From contig BAAFSQ010000007.1 in assembly GCA_054661495.1 (NCBI GenBank), positions 30,001-62,000 on the forward strand: a DNA stretch of 32,000 nt, in the 5' to 3' direction. The position numbers and the translations under genes are program-made. Position 1 is the first letter of the stretch, and the number at the start of each line of letters is the position of its first letter. Source of the stretch: Zygophlyctis sp. KS116. Its lineage: Eukaryota; Fungi; Chytridiomycota. Under the pieces are notes generated by a model. It did no database searches, had not been told where the DNA came from, and saw only the letters and a program-made list of their open reading frames with translations. Positions 22,960-32,000 of the stretch are shown piece by piece.

Positions 22960-23780
22960 TCTTTGATCGTTATACTATTCAAAACCCTGTTCAAAGTCCA
23001 CAAGTAGTAAAGATAGAGCACCGAATGATTCCTCAAGGAACCGTTCGATGAGAGCATGAGTCGACAGAAATACTAATAGCTAGCCATCCATATTCCAAAG
23101 GGCCTTGGATACACACTCTTCGGCTAGTTCCGTTTGTCGTGCTGAGGAAATACTTCAGACCGCATAAATCCACAATGCCGTGAGCCGAAGATTATCTTCA
23201 AATAATTTAGAAGCTCTTAGGATGCAATACTTATATTAGTTTTCATATATTAGTAATAGCTACGTATTGAATCGATTCTTGTTTTTGAGCTGAACAAAGA
23301 AAGCGAATCCACATTTTTAAGACCAGAGAAACGGCGATGTACTTGATAGCAGCTCAGATTCCCCACAACCTGCAGCTTTTTTGATGTTACAAGACCTCCA
23401 TAGAGCTTTTGACACAATTTCAACTGCAGTCAAAGTAGTCACATAGAAACTCAAGGATAATGAAAATTCCAAGACTTGAGGGTATGAGAATAGAAAGGAG
23501 ATTTGGACCAATCTTTTTCTTCTACAGGAGTTGGGGCAGAGGCAGCATTCTACAGTTGGGTTTTATTCTGTATCACCTGAATCACTTTCATATATTCCAA
23601 TTCCCTTTTGTCCAAACGAGCAATTTTATTATTGACAGATTGCAGTTCTGCGTCTGGTTCTTGAAGCCAACGATACAAGAAGAATTGTTGCTGATGAGCT
23701 TTTGAGAGTTCCAATTGTCTCTGAGAGAGTTGCTTGAGCTCTTAATGAATATTTTCGATTTCTTTTCTATCGTCGCTCAT
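22960..23780 (-). pseudogene. Decayed gene (coiled-coil N-terminus, internal VSKALW repeat)
   Basis: ATG at 23780 opens a 109-codon protein-like frame interrupted by TAA (23742-23744) and TAG (23550-23552); further stop-interrupted protein-like segments continue to about 22960. Confidence 0.55.
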
Positions 23781-24057
23781 GTCAAATTTCAGGAATGGGA
23801 TCGTTCCGTGCACTATCTTACTACTACTTACACTAATCGGATCTATATCTTCTTTCGGTAATCTATGCTTTCCTAATCGGCTATGATCAGAATGCACAAT
23901 GTATGCGGTAATTGAGTAGAGGCCGCTAATATGACCATAAAGGCATGTTCAGATTTTGTCAACGATAATAATGCGTATTTACTTTACCACAGTATGTTGT
24001 TAATTTATTTTAAACTAAAGATCGACTGTCGATTTATCTAGTCATATTTTATCCACG

Positions 24058-24066
24058 TATATATAA
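24058..24066 (+). promoter_or_regulatory. TATA-like box upstream of the peroxidase
   Basis: TATATATAA about 75 bp upstream of ATG 24140. Confidence 0.4.
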
Positions 24067-24139
24067 CCAAAGAAAAAGCGGCAGATTCTTGCCGTTTGGT
24101 GTGGCGTAGTTGTTGGGCCGCATCTGTAGCTTTTAAAAA

Positions 24140-25315
24140 ATGCATCTAAACTCAATTTTATATTTCTTGTCTTTTTCAGCATCTGCGATGGCGGTTACAA
24201 ATGATGACTTTATTGCTCTTCAAAGTAAACTCGAAGAGTATATTGCACAAAATCCGGACGTCCATATTCCAATGCTTGTTAGAAATAGTTTCCATGATCT
24301 ATTTCTTCAAGACAAAGGTGGCCTTCATGGATGCATTGTCAAGCCTGAATTCTTCAGTAATTTTGAGAATGTAGGTTTGGATGTTACTAACAAGGACATC
24401 AAGAATCTCGTTCAAACCAATTTCCCAACTACCGGATTTGCGTTTGGGGACGTTATCGCATTCGCAGGAAAAGTTGCAATAGAGTCTGCATTACCATGTG
24501 TGAATGTGGATTTTAAGTTCAATAGAGATCCTTGTAATATGGATCCACAGAAGTCGAATCGCGCACCCTCTGCATTTATAGATACAATTGATCAACTTGG
24601 TCCAATGATTGATTATTTAGGGGGCGGCTTAACTGCAGAAGATATAGCTATTTTATCTGTTGGAGGACATGCAATTAAAGGAGCAGATGCTGCTGAGTCA
24701 GGGTGGCATGGAATATTTGCCACTGTTAGCTCTGGAAAAGACTTTATCGCTACAACTTTTTCTTCAACTTGGAAAGGTATATCAAAGGGAACATTGTTTG
24801 AATTCTTTACTGGTGACACTTTTGATCCCAAGTCTAGTATTATTCGTCTTCCTACTGATATGATCTTCTTCCCGAGTAAGGTTCCGGCAGGATCAAAGGT
24901 TGATAAAAGTACTGAAGCAAAAGACATTGAATCTAAATTAAGATCATTTGTCGATCAAGACAGTAGCGTTTTTGATACTAAATTTGCGCAAGTTTACTCT
25001 AAAATGCTAGCCATTGGCGGAGGAAACGAAACATTTATTTCAAACAAGAAATCGGATCAATGCCCACAACAAACTTTGACCCCTCCAACATCAACAACTA
25101 CACCACCCACAACTACTCAGATTATATCTGATACTTCAATTATCACTCCGATCAATACACATGTTGGAATGGCAGGTACCTTACCAATCAATACTGGAAC
25201 GACTACTAGTAAAACCTGCCCACCGAACTCAACCGACTGTGCTTTATCTGGATCAAACACCATCCTACCCCATTTGGGAATGTTACTAGTTTTGATTTAT
25301 ATTTTTCTTGAATAA
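24140..25315 (+). CDS. Secreted heme peroxidase (peroxidase-catalase superfamily), probably GPI-anchored
   Basis: Signal peptide; distal LVRNSFHD, GGLHGCI, ENVGL, GDVIAFAGKVAIE, proximal SVGGHAI, RLPTD, FAQVYSKML; Thr/Pro-rich stalk; hydrophobic C-terminus HLGMLLVLIYIFLE; intronless. Confidence 0.82.
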   Translation: MHLNSILYFLSFSASAMAVTNDDFIALQSKLEEYIAQNPDVHIPMLVRNSFHDLFLQDKGGLHGCIVKPEFFSNFENVGLDVTNKDIKNLVQTNFPTTGFAFGDVIAFAGKVAIESALPCVNVDFKFNRDPCNMDPQKSNRAPSAFIDTIDQLGPMIDYLGGGLTAEDIAILSVGGHAIKGADAAESGWHGIFATVSSGKDFIATTFSSTWKGISKGTLFEFFTGDTFDPKSSIIRLPTDMIFFPSKVPAGSKVDKSTEAKDIESKLRSFVDQDSSVFDTKFAQVYSKMLAIGGGNETFISNKKSDQCPQQTLTPPTSTTTPPTTTQIISDTSIITPINTHVGMAGTLPINTGTTTSKTCPPNSTDCALSGSNTILPHLGMLLVLIYIFLE

Positions 25316-25365
25316 AGATATTATTTAAGTTTGAAATGTCTGATTTAGGGCGGCGTTAAATTCTG

Positions 25366-25855
25366 ATGGACTTGCTATTGGCGAGAGTCCAGTATTTAGA
25401 AAGGCTTATACCAGATGAAGCATGTAATGGAACCGTGCTCTCACAAATCAAATCATTACAAGACGCTCTTGAGCCCTTTGCTGGTAAGTTGAATGCGTTA
25501 ATAGAAGAAACACTGAGCCGTTTTGATGCTCTCGATCATTCTAAAAAGCTCAAAGAAATTCAAATGCTAGACATTGACTTACAGACACTTTCTGAATTGG
25601 AAAAGTATATAAAAATCACAAATTTACGGGATGATGCAGGAGTCAAGAATCCCATGTGCCAAATACAAAACTCTAAAATTCATTCTGAGATAAGTACTAT
25701 TGATCAACATTTTTGGAAACTGGTAGATTCATATGCAGAAATGGTAAGTATTATACAGTAAACCAAAGGTGGATCAAATATCAAATTTCTTTATTTCATT
25801 AACTTCTCAATTAGATGTGCTGGACGCAACTTTAAGATGCATTGAAGAATCTTGA
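25366..25855 (+). CDS. Small coiled-coil protein, dynactin p24/DCTN3-like
   Basis: MDLLLARVQYLERLI... and, after intron 25744-25768 (25 nt), [36 protein letters not shown], a pattern resembling the DCTN3 C-terminus; family assignment tentative. Confidence 0.5.
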
Positions 25856-27007
25856 ACTTTACTTACTGTTTGGAAATAAGACTTTGTAGGCCCACATTTT
25901 TCGCTTGTACATAATGGACATCGAAGTGAATACTGGGTAGAAGGGACTGATCCACGGTCCAAATGATCTTTTACCAAATCTCCCAAAGTTGAGATAAATA
26001 GTGGGCTCGCATTAAGAGATTCAATCCGCTTATATCCTATTCCAGCCTTTTGAATATTAATTAAAAAAACCTACCTCACTAGCAAGTTTCCCATACTCAA
26101 TATCTAATTCAAAAAGCGTTTCAACATGATCAGACACAAAAGCTATTGGAACCACCAACAAGTTTTTTTTGCCTTGTTTAGCATATCCTTCTACGACCTG
26201 TTCAGTTTTGGGTCCTAGCCATGGCGAAGGCCCCACTTGAGACTGCCAAACTAATCGATAAGGATTTGAATGACCCAATGCATTCATAACTGCAGAAACT
26301 GTTGCAGCAACTTCTGCAGGATATGGATCTATCAAATAAACATAATTCTATAAATTACCTCCTCTATTAACGACACTCATTGGAAGAGAATGCGCAGAGA
26401 AAACCAAAACTACATCGTTTCTATCCTCTTCTGGATATTCTTCTAGCGATGAATTGATATGACTAGCAAAAGTATTAATAAGACCAGAATGAGTTGACCA
26501 TCTGTCAATTATAGACCAATCCATATCAGTTTTATGTGCAAGAATCTGACGATATAATTCATTCAATGAACTCCCAGTAGTTGAACAAGAATATTGCGGA
26601 TAAAGAGATAAAGCGATTGCAGTTTCTATACCATCTTCCTTCATTTTCAAAACTGCATCAGATAGTAACGGAGCGGCGTATCGAAATCCAACATACGAGG
26701 AGAAGTTGCCCATTGAAGAACAATTCTTATTGAGCCATTTCGTTAAATGATGACCTTGTTGCTCTGTCCAATGCTTTATCGGACTACCTCCTCCTATCAT
26801 AGCATATTGCTCTTTTATCATTGGAGTTCTTCTTCTTGCAATCCAAGGCGCAAGAATGGACTGAAAAGGAAGGGGAATCAAATCTTTATCCGAAAATAGC
26901 CGTGACAAGAAAGGACCCACTTCATCAAGTGTGGAAGGACCGCCCATATTTAATAACAAGATACCAGTCTTTCTAATGCATTAAACGAACAAAACTCACT
27001 TTGCCAT
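25807..27007 (-). CDS. HEM15: Ferrochelatase (2Fe-2S type)
   Basis: [69 protein letters not shown]-terminal [10 protein letters not shown]. Introns 26973-26999 (27), 26329-26358 (30), 26047-26074 (28). Confidence 0.93.
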
Positions 27008-27309
27008 TTTTGAGTAGAGGAAACCCAGACAGGGACCTCGCCGCTATTTTGATTTTTGTCTTCAAACTTACATTTTCGGACAAGTATTATTTATATCAGC
27101 ATTGCAGATTATCATTGCTTAAATTGATCATTGATTAGAATGACATGTTTAAATTTAATGGTCATGATTTTATATTACGTTTCAAATTGTTAATAAAAAG
27201 ATCTGGTTGATTCTTCAATTGATTATATAATAATTCGCATATAATGCATCATGGATGGGTTGAATGTACTATTGATATTTAATAAATTTCAAGAAAAAAA
27301 AATTCTGTA

Positions 27310-28612
27310 ATGATCGTCTTGGTCTATTATTTCTTTATTTCTCTTGTTCAGGCGCTGTATACAGCAAAGGATGGAGTAGTTGTGCTAACTCCAAAGAATT
27401 TTAAAAAAGTTATAAGAGAAGCTACTGTAATTGCTTAATATTTAATTTTAGTCGCCTGCAATTGTAGAGTTTTATGCGCCATGGTATGAATAGCATAGTT
27501 GTAATAAAAGGTGTGGACATTGTCAAAAACTAACTCCTGAATATAAAAAGGCAGCAGAGAAGTTGGCTGGGATGGTGATTGTTGGAGCTGTAGATTGTGA
27601 CGCAGAAGAAAATAAAGGTCTGTGTGCAACTTATGGAATTCAAGGATTTCCTACAATAAAGGTATTTCCAGCTGGAGTTAAAGGAATGCCGTCAGATTAT
27701 CAAGGTCCTAGAACGGCGGCTGCAATAGTAAAGGAAGGAATTTCAAGAGTAAGATCTTTTCTCAAAAAATGTGATGCTAATGGATTTGATGACTTGGTTA
27801 GTCAAAATGATAAGTCTGTAATCGTTCTGATTAGTGAAAAATCCGAGGTTCCAGTCATGTTTAAGGCATTATCTGCTGAATTTAATAATCAAGTGGATTT
27901 TTGCTTTTTCAAAAGTTCTGATTCTGATTTTATGAAAAAGGTAGATGTGAAATCATTTCCAGCATTAGTACTCTTTTCAAAGAGTAAAGATCCTGTGATA
28001 TATGATGGTATACAGAAGTTTAAGCAGATTAAAGAATTTTTGGAGCCTGTTGCTATCAATAGAAAGACTAAAGGGAATGATAGTAAGAAAAAGGCTGAAA
28101 ATGAGACTCCAAAGGAAGTTCCAGTATGTAAGAATTGATTTTCTTATTATAAAGTTGATCCAAAAATACCAGAGGTTTCAAGCCAGGCGCAACTTGATGA
28201 ATGTTTGAAAAAGGCTGGCGTGTGTTTGATTTCGTTTTTGACTCTCGAAAGTGAATATCAAGAGTCTAAAGATGCTTATGCCGAAAGTATAGCAGTCCTC
28301 TCAGAAGTTAAAAAGATATTTTTTGATCTGGGATCTCCATTTACTTTTGTATGGATTAATGCTGTGACAAATGGAAGACAGTTAGTTAAAGACTTTGGAG
28401 TCAGGTAAATGATAGTTTTTAATATTAGTGATATGTTTCCTTCATTAATCGCTATTAATGGAAATAAGAAGGCTTATCAAAATTTGAAAACTGCGTTTGA
28501 CCAATCATCCATCTCTTCCTTTTTGAAAGATATGCTTGCTGGAAAGAGTAAAAACTTTAAATATGAGCATGAACCAGTACTAGACAAGGAGATTGGTCAT
28601 ACGGAGTTGTAA
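27310..28612 (+). CDS. ER protein disulfide isomerase family (PDIA6/Mpd1-like)
   Basis: Signal peptide; VEFYAPWCGHCQKL restored by splicing; GIQGFPTIKVF; C-terminal HTEL ER-retention-like signal. Introns 27427-27451 (25), 27484-27510 (27), 28128-28154 (27), 28405-28428 (24). Confidence 0.88.
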
Positions 28613-28691
28613 GAGCAAGAATGAATAAATGGAATCGATTTCGAAATATTGAACTAACATCCCCATAATTGAGAAGGAAGATATATACATA

Positions 28692-31600
28692 CTATCTAGT
28701 TTGCTGAATAAGAAATGATATTTGTTGAGATAGGTCGATTATTTCTCTTTTCCTCGAATCATTTGTTTGATTATAAACTGTGATATCCTTTTGAAGAGAT
28801 TCAATTTCCTTGATTTTCAGTTTTAACAAATGAGGCGAACATTCAGGACTTTTTAAAACGGAATCAATGTCCCTTTGGACAAACCTGAGTCTTTCAAGAT
28901 TTTTCTGGTGACGCTTTTTGTAATCTTGGAATTCTGAAAGCTTTTGTTCCATAAAGCGTACTGATTTAGGATCTTTATGAAAGGTTTCTTTTTCTTTATC
29001 AAGGTCTGAATAAGCGTTTAGATGGGGTATCTGTGCGGGTATTAGAGCTTGCGAAAACTGTCCATTTCTTGGATAATCAAACAATCCAGCAGCAATTTTT
29101 TCAAGAGTGATTTGGGTGCCGTTATTACAATCATTAACAATTCTTGGATCAGCCTCATCAACATCTATTGCAGAGTCTTTTCGTTTAAACTTTTCTTGGT
29201 TTTCTGGAATGGATTCTGTTTGACAAGAGAATTCTCTTATGCTAATCTTGGGAGCTGGACTTCCGTCCTCCAAAACTGGGAGTGATATATCCGGTTCCTT
29301 TCGAGATGCAACGTGTTTAAATTGTTCAATCAGAAAATGAGGCATTCTTGGAGCAGGACGACTTTTTGTCAACTTCCTAGAGGATAATGTGGTCTTCGAT
29401 TCTCTAAATGATTCAAAATTGGAAATCTTACCGCAGTCTAGTATTTACCTTAAAAGACTCTAAGCGTTCTTTTTGTCGCCTCCACTTCTCCTTCCAAATA
29501 GACCCATATTTTTTAGCCAAATACTTTGATCGTAAGCTATCGAAAGATTTCATGGAATCAGCATACTACAGGATTAATGCAAAGTTGTTTTCACCTTCAC
29601 CCAAGAACGCAAAGTTTCGGACATGATCAGCCTTGATCGTTCAATCCTTGCATCTTTAAGACGCTCTTTATGTAAACGAGCCTTTAAAATGATTGATTTC
29701 CAACTAGATATAGCTTTCTTCGTTAAATTCAGATGATAAAATAATTTAGGTCTGATTTTTTGATTAAAATAAATTTCCTTCCAATCCGTCTTTTGTTCAA
29801 ACCACATTTTAAAAGAGCTTTTGATAATACTACAATATACAAAATGTTGCGCTTTGAGATTCACTTTTTTCTCCCATCTTTTGTGCCTAAAATTCTTTGC
29901 CCATAAATCAAAGCGAGCTAAAAAAACTCTATTTCGGTATAGCTCTTGTGCTTTTGTCATTTTTTCTAATTTTAATCGCTTTTGTGAATAATAAATTTTC
30001 CATGAATTGATGATCTTTTCATATAAATCTTTAAAATTAAAAAAAAGAAAAAATACACATGTTAACTTTTGTTCGTAGCGATCGTATTTTTTCTTCTTCG
30101 GCTATAACTTGTTGTCTTTTTGTTTGGTATAATGACAAATATTTTCTAAAAATATATGCCACGAGCCTCGAATTTCTCAATTCTAGAGCTTTTAATAGAA
30201 GCTGACGCTCATTCTTGATTCGTGTTGCTCTTTCTGACCAAAATAGGAAACAAAATGTGAGATTCTCCTTTAAAAGTCTTCCTTCAAACGCTTGTACAGC
30301 TTTCATAAAATTATTCTTTGCAAAAACATATTCTTTCCATGCCTTAAAATAAAGTTTTTTTTGCATAACGCCATATTTGAATTTAACGACTTCTTGAATA
30401 ATATTTTTTCTGATTTTTTGTCGGTAAGTCTACTACTTAAACTTTTTTCTCTTACAAACTTCCATTTAGACAGAAATCCTCGGATTATACTTTTATAATT
30501 CCTTGAATTCGCTAAATTTACTATTTCCCTCTTCCTTTGTACATTATAAACATTAATTTTCAATCCCTTTAGTACATTTTTAGCTAAAACTCTATTATAA
30601 TTAATTGCAGCAGACTCCTGTTTTCAAAATGACAAAAAATACCATAAAATAATTATTTTCTAAAGACTTGAATAGATTTTCCTTAAATCCAGATAACCCC
30701 TTTTGTTTCAGCTTATAACCGTAAAACTCATGCGCCTGTTCCATTTTTTTGCTTAATTCTAGTTTACTATTCCATATATTCCCCCACAAGTCCATATAAT
30801 ACTCCAAGCTTTTTTTTCTAGAGTATCTCTGTGCTTTTAGAATCATTCTAGACTCTATTTTTGCTTTTTTCCATCCTTCTTTCCAAACAGTGAATAATTT
30901 TTTTAAATTATATCTTTGAGAAAAATTTAGAGCCACATCTTGCCAGATTCTCTTTTCTTTGAGTGCAAAAGTCCTTTTTATCCACTTTTTATAATTTTTT
31001 TCTTTTAATTTTGTATTAAAATACAGAATTCCCAATCTACACTCTTCTTGTTCTCTTTGACCAACACGATTTACCCATTTTTGTTTCATTTGGATAAAAT
31101 AATGTTTTAATGTGTAAATTTCCCTTGATAAAACCACATATTTCTGAGTCAATACCTGCTTTTTAAGCCCAAGAACAAACTCTTGCATAATTTTTCTTGT
31201 TTTCAGTGTCTGAACAATTTCTAAAATTTCTTTTTCCTTTAATGATGAAGAATATTGAAGTCTCCAAAGTTTCCAGAGCCTATTTTTCGTATTTTTTTCA
31301 TTGGTCCATTCCGCCAATTCCACTAAATTTCTTTTAAATTCTTTAAAAGTCTTTTGAATTTTCCAAATTGAAAGAAATTTGGTGAAAATTTTTTCCTTAC
31401 TTAACTCCAACATTTTTTGAATTTTTAGATTTTTTTGAATTTGATGCGTATATTTGTTGTTCCATATGATAAACCTTGTCGACAGTAGGGAGATCTGATA
31501 TTTTTTAAGAGCATAAAATAAATTAGACTTTCGACAGAGATGAGTGCAGTACTCTAAATTCCATTTTTTGAATTTAGATTTCTGTATTTGACAAGAAATT

Positions 31601-32000
31601 TTTCTTGACTCTTGAAAGGCTCTTTGAAATTTATGAAAATAAGCTTTTAACAGTTTTGTTTGTAGGTCAAGTTTTAGATTTTGGTTATAAAGACGTAAAC
31701 CTTGCCATTTCCTTAGAGTCTTTGTTTTCAGAAATCTCTTTTCCTTTACAAGATTTTGATGTGCAAATGTAAATTTTAGAAAATTCCATTTTAAAATTTT
31801 CAACTTTGCGTAAACTTGAGCTCTAATCTCTAATTTCCAATTCCTCTTTGAGATATTTTTCCAAACTCTAAAAACCCCTACAAGAGCTTTCTTCTGTAAA
31901 GATTTTATGAATTTAATTTGCTTTATATACGCTTTCCACTGCTCTACAGACTGTCTTAACAGTTTTTTTGACATTTTCAAGATTGAACGCGGTTCAGCTC
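28692..32000 (-). CDS. SFI1: Sfi1-like centrin-binding centriole/SPB protein (5' end outside window)
   Basis: Long basic helical protein with periodic (F/L)xxW(K/R) repeats and C-terminal RPAPRMP followed by a coiled coil. Introns 30618-30642 (25), 30430-30455 (26), 30029-30056 (28), 29566-29594 (29), 29404-29431 (28). Frame is open to the window edge. Confidence 0.7.

Noticed and set aside
22991-23000. CAAAGTCCAC resembles RNase P/MRP conserved region I
   Set aside because: No complementary CR-V (P4 partner) sequence was found downstream.
143-29626. Many short antisense or alternate-frame ORFs (e.g. 143-340, 680-901, 6099-6395, 22305-22595, 24613-24927, 29049-29285)
   Set aside because: They are shadows of well-supported genes with no recognisable motifs.
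1-32000. Fragmented ORFs read as frameshifted pseudogenes, programmed frameshifts or an alternative genetic code
   Set aside because: Breaks in the recognisable genes are resolved by 23-33 nt GT-AG introns, and TAA, TAG and TGA are all used as normal stops.
1-32000. tRNA, rRNA, CRISPR arrays, transposases, prokaryotic defence systems
   Set aside because: No supporting motifs were seen; the window is eukaryotic housekeeping sequence.

Overview
This is AT-rich, very compact eukaryotic genomic DNA, most likely from an early-diverging (chytrid-like) fungus; the taxonomy is inferred from gene content only. The ORF track is fragmented because genes are split by ultra-short GT-AG introns. By manual reconstruction I found 46 introns, all 23-33 nt; 42 restore a reading frame or conserved motif and 4 are stop-free in-frame candidates. 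About 21 protein-coding genes are present: PIG-U/GAB1 (partial), a HUL5/UBE3C-type HECT ligase, DBP9, a J-domain + PARP-type Zn finger + BRCT protein, a UBX protein, an atypical SDR-like protein, DUS3, an MDR oxidoreductase, HEM1 (ALAS), DMA1-like FHA-RING, an A1 aspartic protease, JMJD5-like JmjC, an F-box protein, USP, HSP20, PNS1/CTL, a secreted and probably GPI-anchored heme peroxidase, DCTN3-like, HEM15 ferrochelatase, a PDI-family protein and SFI1-like (partial). There is also one decayed gene. Most intergenic gaps are 3-120 bp and two CDSs overlap. The main highlights are the mini-intron system (many AAG acceptors, in-frame stop-free introns, an intron splitting a start codon), the J-ZnF-BRCT architecture, a ferrochelatase with no visible mitochondrial presequence, and the GPI-type peroxidase. 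All gene models are hand-derived and need RNA-seq confirmation.
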